Source of the DNA: a virus
Taxonomy: Duplodnaviria > Caudoviricetes
Reading direction: 5' to 3' (one strand)
Virus record (IMG/VR): IMGVR_UViG_3300034357_000152
Span: 1 to 27,922 of that record
DNA length: 27,922 nucleotides
The notes below the pieces were generated by a model. It searched no databases. It saw nothing but the letters and a program-made list of their open reading frames with translations, and was not told the DNA's origin. Below are positions 1 through 8,107 of this stretch, piece after piece. The position numbers were made by a program, and so were the translations under genes. Within the stretch, counting starts at the first letter, position 1, and each line of letters starts with the position of its first letter.

Positions 1-402
1 ATGATTTTTAAAAGGTATAAAAGGTTTGTCGATTTTATCGGCGACGTTATAACCTGGGTGACATACGAAAACCCCATTGTTTTAGTGGAAGATTCAAGCC
101 TCCAGAATGTGACCTTTAATAATTCAATCAACCGCGCGATCCTTTCTCGAATGTCCCGCAACGTTGGCATGAATCAAGCCTCTTCCAGGATTGCTTATGA
201 ATGGATAAAGGAACATGACATTGAAGCCTATAATATTAGCCCTGAAGCAAAGGGTAAAAAGTTTAATAAAGACGTCTTTATGCGAGTTGTCGCAAGTGAG
301 CGATTGAAATTTGAACCAGATTTTAAACCCGCCAAAATAAGTCAAGATGAAATCGACGCTTTCTTTCTTGCGCTTATGGCAAAAAATTATATCAAAAGAT
401 GA
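1..402 (+). CDS. Putative RuvC/RNase H-fold nuclease (Holliday junction resolvase-like), probably 5'-truncated
   Basis: VLVED strand, a helix SRNVGMNQASSRI and C-terminal QDEIDAFFLA resemble the RuvC-like acidic motifs. The N-terminal (I/V)GID motif is absent and probably lies upstream of the window. Confidence 0.5.
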   Translation: MIFKRYKRFVDFIGDVITWVTYENPIVLVEDSSLQNVTFNNSINRAILSRMSRNVGMNQASSRIAYEWIKEHDIEAYNISPEAKGKKFNKDVFMRVVASERLKFEPDFKPAKISQDEIDAFFLALMAKNYIKR

Positions 403-641
403 AAAATCTTGAAACAAAAGCAAACGATCCAATACACAACGTTATTAATTCAAAAAAGGATTATTCGGACGATAATATTTATAAAAGTAATGGTCTAACC
501 AAACGCGAATACTTTGCATCAATGGCAATGCAAGGAATAATAAGTAACAAAGATGGACTTGATATTAAAATTGAACGCATTGTTGAAAGTGCGGTCGACA
601 CGGCAGACGCCTTAATTGAGGAACTAAACAAAACAAAGTAA
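399..641 (+). CDS. Conserved small phage protein (GLTKREYFA..AMQG..ADAL family)
   Basis: GLTKREYFASMAMQG...AVDTADALIEEL is a motif common in phage hypothetical proteins; ATGA overlap with the upstream ORF. Confidence 0.75.
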   Translation: MKNLETKANDPIHNVINSKKDYSDDNIYKSNGLTKREYFASMAMQGIISNKDGLDIKIERIVESAVDTADALIEELNKTK

Positions 642-642
642 G

Positions 643-927
643 ATGAAAAATAACGAAATAACAGACGGATTAACCAATGAACAATGGAAGGAAGCGCAAA
701 GATGTTTCAACGCTCGCCCAGCTCCGATAAGATTTGCCGACACGGTAAATAGCAAACAATCGGTAATAAATTTTTACCTTAATCCTTTGATTCCTGAGAC
801 CATGCCCACCTATCAATCAATGAATAAAGAAAGAATGGTTAGCATTTGTTACCAACTTTATCACTCAAAGGAAACCGATACTTTAAAAGAATCAGCCGCA
901 AAGCTTATAAAACTTATAATTGATTGA
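643..927 (+). CDS. Hypothetical protein
   Basis: 94-aa ORF starting 1 nt after the previous stop and followed by a terminator. Confidence 0.65.
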   Translation: MKNNEITDGLTNEQWKEAQRCFNARPAPIRFADTVNSKQSVINFYLNPLIPETMPTYQSMNKERMVSICYQLYHSKETDTLKESAAKLIKLIID

Positions 928-960
928 TTACTAATTTGTTGAATTGTTGATGTGTATATC

Positions 961-989
961 GGGGCTGGCATTTGAACCAGCCCTTTTTT
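961..989 (+). terminator. Intrinsic terminator at the convergent junction
   Basis: GGGCTGG-catttgaa-CCAGCCC (962-983) followed by TTTTTT (984-989). Confidence 0.8.
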
Positions 990-991
990 AT

Positions 992-1654
992 TTAAAAGAT
1001 TACCCCTTGCGTCTTCGCGTAATCCACGACTGCCCGTGCATGAGACAAAGCCAACGTATTTTGAAACACAGGGTCAAACATCATTAAGGCATCATGGTAA
1101 TTTGTAAAGAAGCCGTTTTCGCTTAAGACCGCTGGCATATTGGTTTGGGTAATGACAAAGAAACTTTCCTCCTTGTCCTTATCGCCATCCGTGGTATCCA
1201 TGCGATAAACCCATTTTGGAAAAGCCTCCTGAACCTCTTTAAAAAGAAACTCCGCGTAAATATCCGAACGCGTTTTGCCCTTGCTGGTGAACACCTCGAA
1301 GCCCCTTGCATTGGGCGACGTTGCCGCGTTGCCGTGGATGCTGAGGTATAACGAAGCCTCATAATTCTGGGCGTTTATATTTGCCTTCGCCACGCGCTTT
1401 GTCAATGATACGTCCAAGACAGGATCGTACACGCGAACCACGGAAAACCCCCAGTCAATCAAATACTGCTCAATCTTTGCCGCAACGTCACGGTTAAACA
1501 CGCCTTCAAAGAACCATCCGTAACCGTGGAACTTTGCGTTGTTATGCTGAGCGCACTTTGAAGGATACGTGGTATAATTGTAAGGTAATTTTTTCTTTGC
1601 GTCAATGCCTCCGTGACCCGCGTCGAGGAAAACACAAAATTTAGATGCTTTCAT
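992..1654 (-). CDS. Endolysin, N-acetylmuramoyl-L-alanine amidase (Amidase_3 type)
   Basis: FLDAGHGG, FEGVFN, SLTKRV..AN, YLSIHGNA, RGFEVF and MPAVLSENGFFTN give the Zn-amidase H/E/H/E pattern. Confidence 0.92.
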   Translation of the reverse strand: MKASKFCVFLDAGHGGIDAKKKLPYNYTTYPSKCAQHNNAKFHGYGWFFEGVFNRDVAAKIEQYLIDWGFSVVRVYDPVLDVSLTKRVAKANINAQNYEASLYLSIHGNAATSPNARGFEVFTSKGKTRSDIYAEFLFKEVQEAFPKWVYRMDTTDGDKDKEESFFVITQTNMPAVLSENGFFTNYHDALMMFDPVFQNTLALSHARAVVDYAKTQGVIF

Positions 1655-1669
1655 ATTTTGATATTTTTA

Positions 1670-1697
1670 AGGGCGATGCAAGTCAATGCACCGCCCT
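1670..1697 (-). promoter_or_regulatory. 11-bp RNA hairpin upstream of the endolysin start (no U-tract)
   Basis: - strand AGGGCGGTGCA-ttgact-TGCATCGCCCT; fully paired only on the - strand (one G-U pair). Confidence 0.45.
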
Positions 1698-1737
1698 GTA
1701 AAACGCATAAGGTAGCGAATCCTGCTGCGCCTATTTC

Positions 1738-2031
1738 TTACAAACGAAATCCAATGAGTGAAAAAGCTGCAGAAACCAAAGAAAACTTAGGAGGTAAATT
1801 TACAGAAATTTCCTTCCCAGCGCACTCCCTTGATGTCTCCTTAATCTTATCCCAAATTATTTGAGCAAGTTGGATATATTCGCGCCAGGTGAACTTCACT
1901 TTATTGCCTTCAAGATGAACGTTTATCTCCGAAGCCAGCTCCGCAAAGTTCATTGAGTAACAAGCCACGTCACCCATTGGTGACTTTATCCCATCTGCAT
2001 TTTTCAATGCCTCTTTTAAATTAGTCTGCAT
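1738..2031 (-). CDS. Hypothetical protein in the lysis cassette
   Basis: 97 aa between holin and amidase; A-rich start; short hydrophobic C-terminus. Confidence 0.7.
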   Translation of the reverse strand: MQTNLKEALKNADGIKSPMGDVACYSMNFAELASEINVHLEGNKVKFTWREYIQLAQIIWDKIKETSRECAGKEISVNLPPKFSLVSAAFSLIGFRL

Positions 2032-2041
2032 ATTATTTATT

Positions 2042-2446
2042 TTAACGATTAAAAAAACGTGTGATTAAAACGCCAAGGTTTACACCTGTTATGCGTTTAA
2101 TATTTTCCGAAATAGAATAAAGCTCCACCGTTGCAATTAAGAACGCCGCCATGTACGTTATGTTGAACGGAAGGCTAAAAGTATTTCTTGCACCCTCGAA
2201 TATCAGGATGCCACAAAAATATACAACTATCTTTTCCATTGTCCGATATAACCCTTTGCTATTTATCTTTTGTTGCTCCTTCTTTGCCGCGAGGATTCCC
2301 GTTGCCATGTCAGCAAAAACAACAAATACCGTAAAAATCAAAAATCCCTTTATTGGTATGAAAAAAGATGCCACCCAGCCAAAACAAATAGCGTATGTTA
2401 TCTTCTCCCATCCGAGGTGCAAAAAGTTTATTAAGGTTGTTTTCAT
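2042..2446 (-). CDS. Holin (Phage_holin_4_1-like)
   Basis: Several hydrophobic segments; ADMATGILAA, INSKGLYRT..KI..Y and ELYSISEN match holin family 4 patterns; lies next to the endolysin. Confidence 0.85.
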   Translation of the reverse strand: MKTTLINFLHLGWEKITYAICFGWVASFFIPIKGFLIFTVFVVFADMATGILAAKKEQQKINSKGLYRTMEKIVVYFCGILIFEGARNTFSLPFNITYMAAFLIATVELYSISENIKRITGVNLGVLITRFFNR

Positions 2447-3057
2447 CGAGTTACTTTTAACTGCCTCAAAATTATTTTACCATCCTGTGAAATATACCTA
2501 TTTTTTGCCTCCTCCCAATATAAATCAATAAATTGCCCTAACACTGGATAACTAATTAATCTTATGGCAAACTTTGAAAATACAATAGCATTTTTTGGCG
2601 TTGAACCTTCGACAATGTACCTGAATGCACTTGTATTTTTATTGTAATTAAAGTCAACGGCTAAGGTTGTTGTAAGTGCGTTTATCTGCCATTTGTTATC
2701 TGTGTAAAATGCCTCATTGTTTTTTAAAATGGTATCCAATGGATTTTTGCCTGTTAATTCTTGAATGTTATTATTCTCTCTTATGGCTGCTGTTGTTTTC
2801 CTTCCGAAGTCATAATAAGCAATTACCTTGTCAGCAAAGTTATTTGCATTGTTTTCAAAACTTGCCATAGCACCATTATATAGTTGACTTGTATCACCAA
2901 TAATAGAAGCCTTTTCATAATATCCACCTTCGGTATAATCTGCACGGTAAATAAGGTAATAAGCATTGTCAATAATTTTAACATACGATGTATCAAAAGT
3001 GATAGATTGTGCACTTAATTGAGATACAAATAATAAAAAGAAAATGATTTGTTTCAT
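2443..3057 (-). CDS. Putative secreted protein (signal peptide MKQIIFFLLFVSQLSA/Q), 204 aa
   Basis: Start reassigned to ATG 3057 (A-rich leader, removes overlap with the fibre gene). Clear n/h/c regions with Gln at +1. ATGA overlap with the holin. Confidence 0.75.
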   Translation of the reverse strand: MKQIIFFLLFVSQLSAQSITFDTSYVKIIDNAYYLIYRADYTEGGYYEKASIIGDTSQLYNGAMASFENNANNFADKVIAYYDFGRKTTAAIRENNNIQELTGKNPLDTILKNNEAFYTDNKWQINALTTTLAVDFNYNKNTSAFRYIVEGSTPKNAIVFSKFAIRLISYPVLGQFIDLYWEEAKNRYISQDGKIILRQLKVTR

Positions 3058-3076
3058 GTTTATTTTTTTAAGTTTA

Positions 3077-5443
3077 TTAATACATTGGAGCATAGGATAA
3101 AATATACCATTTAGTGCCATCGCTTTGTATAGTAGTACAATAACCACCAACAATGTCAACACTTGAATTTTCACCATCAGTTCTTACAAATAAATTTGAC
3201 GATGGAGTAACTAATGTTAACGCCTCATTACCTTCAGGTATATCAAAAATTGAGATTATAAATTTAACACCAACTGCATCAGACGCATTAGGAATAGTCA
3301 ATGTTTTATCCGATGTTAATGTTGTATAAATAATTGTATGATTATAAGTTGTAGCTGTATAATCTGCATTACTTATTTTTACAATAGGTAATCCCATATT
3401 TTTTTTAAACAAAATATTTCCTTCAAATCTTGCAGAATCATTTAAAATAGTTTTGCCGTCAACTGTTAAAGTATTAGATAAATTTGTTGCACCAAATACA
3501 CCTAATGTTCCATTCACATCAAGTGTCTTTGTAGGTGACGCGTAACCAATGCCTACCTTGCTTGTTGACGCATCCACGAAAAGCATGTGTGCGTTTGCTT
3601 CACTTTCCACACGGAAGTCGGAATCAGTTGCGGCTTCATTGAACACGGCGGAGGAATTGACGGTAAGCGGTGCGGATAATGTGGCGTTTCCTGCGATTGT
3701 TGTCGAGTGTGGACCGTATAATCCGTCGCTTGCGCCAATAACAAATCCATTTGCAGCGGAAAATCTTATATTAGCTATTGTGTTTCCTGCGTCGTGAAAT
3801 CCAATACTTGAAACATCATTTGATTCAAGCCTTATATTGTGATTTCCCCCTGAGGTTGGAGTATTGTCGGTAAAATTTCCAACAAACGTTTTATTTAGCA
3901 ATGTGGTTTCGCCTGTTACGCCAAGCGTTCCATTTACATCTAATTTATAAGCTGGGTTTAATTTACTTATTCCAACCCTGCCTCCATCTTGATTTGCCAC
4001 AACGGATAAGGTTGTGTCAAGATATTGCCCTAATTGACCACTACTAAAATTTTTAGCAGTCATTAAATATATATCAGATGTTCTTACATTATTTGGAAAC
4101 GTAGATGTTCCAGGTCTATCCGTAAATGTTATTTGAGCCGTTTGATTTCCTTTGTTATTATCTCTTTTTGCAAAGTAATTTAATAAATTATAATAAAATG
4201 TATTTGCGCTTCCATCGTGTGAGCCTTCTTGTCTATTTATTGTTCCCGTCATTGTTCCACCCGTCAAAGGCAAATAAGTTGATGCCGCCGTGCCCGTGCG
4301 CAAGTAATTTGTAAGCATGGAAGCCGTGTCAGATAAATTTAATTTAGCTGCAAATCTTGAAGTAAGGTTTAATAAAGATGTATCTGCATCCCTGAAATAC
4401 GGCGTAAGCATGGAAGCCGTGTCACTAACCAAAAGAACCGCGGTTGTATCTCTCCATAATCCTTCACTACTTTTGAAATAAAGTGAAGCGTTATTTGTAG
4501 GATTAGAAATTTGAACATCGTGAAGCTCGTCTAATTCTTGCCCATTTCTTATTTTTACAAATACTTCTCCGCTTCCTGCATTTGTTTTAACGCATACTCC
4601 AATATACACGCCATGGATAGGTGCCTGTGGCTTAGTAGATGTAAGTGCGCCTGATGTGGTTCCTGATAAATAAACCGCACTATCTTGCGTTAATGCAGAT
4701 GTGTTTATATTTGTTATTAATCCTTCTGTGATAATGTAACCGCTTGCATTGTTTAATATTTGCTCCGCAACAATGCCAAAAGTATTAGCTGATGTCGGAT
4801 CACTTGTTGCAATGGCTTTCGCGACGGTTATTCTGTTTCCCTGACTTCCTGACAAATAAACAACATCGCCTTTATTAAGAGTTGCGCCTGTTCTGTTATT
4901 TACCCGTTGGTGTAATTGTTGACCGATGACATTAGTAACTAAACCACCTTTTAAGCCTTGTATTAAAGAGCCTTGTGTATCATTATACTCCACTTCACCA
5001 ACTCCTACCGTGCCATCTTTTGCCGTATTAAATGTGATAGAATCAAAGGGCATGGTTAATCCAGGCGCACCGCCGACCAAGTTCCAAACGTTTGAAGTAA
5101 AATCAAATGAATAAAATTTTAAATTAACGGTATCAAGAATAACCCATGCGTTTTGGTTGTTTATCGGTTGAATGGATGCTGTGTCGGACAATGAACCACG
5201 CCAAACAAGCCCGTCGCCAGTCGTCTGGAAACCAAGGCGTTGTTTATTTCCCGTGTTTGGGTATTGCGCGAAAAGGGTAAACGAAAGGAATATAAAAAGA
5301 ATTGAAGGCAAAGTTTTTTTGCCTCCAATCTTCTTAATTAAATTACTCCCCAGTTTAAGCAATACTTGTTCCACCAATATTTCACCCACGCGCCCCAATG
5401 TTTTTAAAAAACGTCTTTCTTTCTTTGGTTTTATTTCACTCAT
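3077..5443 (-). CDS. Fibre/adhesin-like protein with apparent extended signal peptide
   Basis: Capsid-cement/fibre-like segment (NRTGATLNKGDVVYLSG...VYLS..TSGALT..KP), LDELHDV, two DTASML repeats, YLPLTGGTMTG and two VGI....P...LDVNGTLGV repeats; KKTLPSILFIFLSFTLFA/Q at residues 42-60. Confidence 0.8.
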   Translation of the reverse strand: MSEIKPKKERRFLKTLGRVGEILVEQVLLKLGSNLIKKIGGKKTLPSILFIFLSFTLFAQYPNTGNKQRLGFQTTGDGLVWRGSLSDTASIQPINNQNAWVILDTVNLKFYSFDFTSNVWNLVGGAPGLTMPFDSITFNTAKDGTVGVGEVEYNDTQGSLIQGLKGGLVTNVIGQQLHQRVNNRTGATLNKGDVVYLSGSQGNRITVAKAIATSDPTSANTFGIVAEQILNNASGYIITEGLITNINTSALTQDSAVYLSGTTSGALTSTKPQAPIHGVYIGVCVKTNAGSGEVFVKIRNGQELDELHDVQISNPTNNASLYFKSSEGLWRDTTAVLLVSDTASMLTPYFRDADTSLLNLTSRFAAKLNLSDTASMLTNYLRTGTAASTYLPLTGGTMTGTINRQEGSHDGSANTFYYNLLNYFAKRDNNKGNQTAQITFTDRPGTSTFPNNVRTSDIYLMTAKNFSSGQLGQYLDTTLSVVANQDGGRVGISKLNPAYKLDVNGTLGVTGETTLLNKTFVGNFTDNTPTSGGNHNIRLESNDVSSIGFHDAGNTIANIRFSAANGFVIGASDGLYGPHSTTIAGNATLSAPLTVNSSAVFNEAATDSDFRVESEANAHMLFVDASTSKVGIGYASPTKTLDVNGTLGVFGATNLSNTLTVDGKTILNDSARFEGNILFKKNMGLPIVKISNADYTATTYNHTIIYTTLTSDKTLTIPNASDAVGVKFIISIFDIPEGNEALTLVTPSSNLFVRTDGENSSVDIVGGYCTTIQSDGTKWYILSYAPMY
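4311..4424. repeat. 21-bp exact direct repeat within the fibre gene (encodes DTASML)
   Basis: GTAAGCATGGAAGCCGTGTCA at 4311-4331 and 4404-4424, 93 bp (31 codons) apart. Confidence 0.9.
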
Positions 5444-5979
5444 AATACTATTCCCATCGTGTTATAAATATCAAATATTTCTTCATCCTCGTCGCAAGTT
5501 GCCTCAGGACAACCAACGGCGCTGGGAATGAATCCAAGTAAATTGGTTGCGCAAGTGCATAAATAATCCTTAATCCTTTTCTTTTTTACCTCCAACCTTT
5601 GAAGCAAAGTATCTTGATAAAATTTTAAGCCTTCAACGCCCACGTTTTGCCCGTATTCGTTATCGAGGGTATAAAGTCCATTTGTTCCAAGCTGCATCAT
5701 CATATAAGGCGCTGCCTCGTAAAGAACGGCGTTGGCGCAAAAGGATTTTAATTGGTCATTCCATAACGCTTGATAAGAAGTCGATGTAAACGCCGTTGAA
5801 CTTCCTTTGTCTGCAACAAGGGCATCGTAAAACGTTAAGCCAACGGCTGGAATAATCCAACGGTATTCCGCGTCTTGAATATGTGGGCTTATCAATGACT
5901 TATCAAGGCGTATATCTGCAGGCGTTGGTCTTGCAACACCGCCGCTTATGACCTCAGACGGTTGTATTAATTGGCTCAT
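5440..5979 (-). CDS. Putative head-tail adaptor
   Basis: Directly after the portal. The D..LI.PHIQDAE..WIIPAVG..FYDAL pattern and size are typical of portal-adjacent adaptors in such phages. Confidence 0.65.
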   Translation of the reverse strand: MSQLIQPSEVISGGVARPTPADIRLDKSLISPHIQDAEYRWIIPAVGLTFYDALVADKGSSTAFTSTSYQALWNDQLKSFCANAVLYEAAPYMMMQLGTNGLYTLDNEYGQNVGVEGLKFYQDTLLQRLEVKKKRIKDYLCTCATNLLGFIPSAVGCPEATCDEDEEIFDIYNTMGIVL

Positions 5980-7363
5980 TTGTTTCTATTGGTGAATAAC
6001 CTAATATTTCCCTCTTTTCATCTTGCGTCAAATTATCCTCAACCGCAATGTCACCCATGAAAGACACGGGTAAAGTGTTTGATATTGAGAATTGAACGTC
6101 TTTTAAGGCTGGGTTATAAAGCCCAATTTCGGCTAAATAAGGATTTATAATTTTAGATAACATCAAGTTTTGGCGCGGTTTAATAACCGTACTTTGTAAG
6201 TATTCCATTTCCTGACGTATCTGTTGATTGCTTCCAAGTTGCCCCGCCGTGGCGAAGCCTGCAAGTGACTTGCTCCACCTGTTCGCCACGACAATCGCCG
6301 AGGCTGCCAAGTTTTGCAAGTTTAAAAATTCGCCCTCGTTTTCTTTTGACGTGGGAATCCAATTTGCTTTTAATTTTTCGTCCCTTAGGACTTGAACAAA
6401 TAACTTATGATTATTTGCCATGCCCGTGAACTTGCTTTCTATTCCTTCAACCAATTTCTTTGCCTCAGCTGGCGTAATTGAGCCGAAAAATTGCATGATA
6501 CCCGAAGGCATGAAGCCGTTCTCAAATTTGCTTGTATTAAATCGTTGAATGCGGTATTCCATTTCAGCCCACATCTTTGCGCCAATCCACTCAGGTAAGC
6601 CAAAGTAAAAATAGCCTGCCGCGTATTGCTTAACATGGATAACGCTTCTTTGTGTTCCGTCCTCAAATTTCTTAAAGTCAGGGTACATTGGCACCTCCCT
6701 GAATCCTTCGCTTTCGTAAAATACGCCGTCGGTGGTGAGCGGCACCTCCTCCCAGTTATCGTAAATGCCAACCGATTTTATAAGCTGATCCGCTTCTGCT
6801 TTTCTAATACCAATGTTATACACGGGTACATGATAAATATAAGTAAATGGCTCGCTGCCTACTTTGCCTTTAACAATTTCGCAAAAGCTATTTCCAAAAG
6901 CATCATAGTCAAAAGCAAGTTGAGCCAAAACCTCCTGAAGATTTTGACCATGTAAATTAACCTGAGATATAACATCCTCAATTTCGTTTAAAGAATCGTC
7001 GGTGATAACCTCACCCTTCATTGACGTGGTAAGCAAAGTGTTTGACTTACCTTTCATGGGAATGAAGCCATCACCGACAACCATGTTTGTTTTATCTTCT
7101 ATTATTCTTCGTAACGTCGGCGAATTATTTACAATGGCGATAAGGCTCTTTAAAAAGTCGTCTTTTTGTGTAAAGAACCGCACCCATTTTGCCCCCGTGA
7201 AATCAAGCCTCTCCCGTGACGGCTCATTAAAAATATCCTCCCTTACAAGCATTGTATTGGAGGTGTCTAAGGTAACCGAGGCAAGTAAAGGGCTTTGACT
7301 CCTTTTACTTACCCTGTTATTCCTGTTTGGGACTGCCTGTATTTTCTTTAATTGTTGGCTCAT
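5954..7363 (-). CDS. Portal protein (about 469 aa)
   Basis: NNSPTLRRIIEDK..MVVGDG, DYDAFGNSFCEI, YFGLPEW, KFENGFMPS, KFTG..N and VIKPRQ are portal motifs. Start reassigned to ATG 7363 (MSQQLKK). Confidence 0.88.
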   Translation of the reverse strand: MSQQLKKIQAVPNRNNRVSKRSQSPLLASVTLDTSNTMLVREDIFNEPSRERLDFTGAKWVRFFTQKDDFLKSLIAIVNNSPTLRRIIEDKTNMVVGDGFIPMKGKSNTLLTTSMKGEVITDDSLNEIEDVISQVNLHGQNLQEVLAQLAFDYDAFGNSFCEIVKGKVGSEPFTYIYHVPVYNIGIRKAEADQLIKSVGIYDNWEEVPLTTDGVFYESEGFREVPMYPDFKKFEDGTQRSVIHVKQYAAGYFYFGLPEWIGAKMWAEMEYRIQRFNTSKFENGFMPSGIMQFFGSITPAEAKKLVEGIESKFTGMANNHKLFVQVLRDEKLKANWIPTSKENEGEFLNLQNLAASAIVVANRWSKSLAGFATAGQLGSNQQIRQEMEYLQSTVIKPRQNLMLSKIINPYLAEIGLYNPALKDVQFSISNTLPVSFMGDIAVEDNLTQDEKREILGYSPIETNEPINTTV

Positions 7364-7547
7364 AGCTTTTTTTCTCGGGGGTATAAATGACGTGTTGCCC
7401 AACGTCCTGAGGGCTTGATTTGTACCAAGCCCTCAATTCGTTTTGTGAAAGTTCGCCGATAGTTTTTCGAATGATTCCAGCTTTGCCCGAAAGGTCTGCA
7501 CCCACGTAAAGCATTTGTTTGCTTTTATCTCTAACTATCATATTCAA
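7317..7547 (-). CDS. Hypothetical protein
   Basis: 76-aa ORF filling the gap between the tail tube and portal genes. Confidence 0.65.
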   Translation of the reverse strand: MNMIVRDKSKQMLYVGADLSGKAGIIRKTIGELSQNELRAWYKSSPQDVGQHVIYTPEKKSYEPTIKENTGSPKQE

Positions 7548-7548
7548 A

Positions 7549-8097
7549 TTAATCTAAGGCGTTCATCACTGTTTCGCCGTTAACGATAAACCTCGCTTTG
7601 TTCGTGGTTCTGCAAGTAATGGTAAGCGTTTCTTGGTTTGAATCGGTAAACAATGCACCCGATAAACCTTCGGCACTTGTCAACCTTGCAACCCTTTTCT
7701 TACCGCCAACAAGTTCAACGCCCCAAATCCAATAATTGCCCGTGTTTTCCACGTGAACACAAACCAAGCCACACGCCTGATTTGCCATGTCTTGAATAAG
7801 GTTTCTTAATTCCTGGTCGCGGCAATTAATGATTCCAACCAAACTTTGCTCAATGGCTACCGACAAAGTATCTGGATCTTGCGTCACCGTTTCCGTGAAT
7901 GCTCCTGAATTGTCCCTAAATTCAACCTCGTAAAACACGGCAGCCGTGGAAGCCATTGTTATTGCCGTGGTTGCTCCCGATGCGTTATTGGTAATGCTTG
8001 TTACCTGATTAGCATTGGCAATGTAAAACTTGCCAATACCACCAGCGCACGTTCCATCTGTACATTGATTAAGCCAACCGCTTGTTATTGCGCTCAT
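7549..8097 (-). CDS. Major tail (tube) protein
   Basis: N-terminal C...C.GGI..FYI, FYEVE, VHVENTGNYWIWG and G..F.DSN..TLT; follows the capsid gene; no sheath gene present. Confidence 0.65.
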   Translation of the reverse strand: MSAITSGWLNQCTDGTCAGGIGKFYIANANQVTSITNNASGATTAITMASTAAVFYEVEFRDNSGAFTETVTQDPDTLSVAIEQSLVGIINCRDQELRNLIQDMANQACGLVCVHVENTGNYWIWGVELVGGKKRVARLTSAEGLSGALFTDSNQETLTITCRTTNKARFIVNGETVMNALD

Positions 8098-8107
8098 TCA
8101 TTATTGA

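Noticed and set aside
3058-3177. Longer ORF-track starts for the 244-aa ORF (and similarly for the portal, terS, 22970-23209 and 22211-22594)
   Set aside because: The extensions overlap upstream genes; downstream ATGs give better A-rich or coupled starts and motif-consistent N-termini.
4311-4424. 21-bp repeat as a DGR template/variable pair or att site
   Set aside because: Short, identical and in frame within one gene; no adenine-specific mismatches; no reverse transcriptase or integrase in the window.
7361-7402. A7 run at the overlap of the 76-aa ORF and the portal gene as a frameshift
   Set aside because: Joining would need a +1 shift; a good ATG follows immediately and the A-run fits an ordinary A-rich initiation region.
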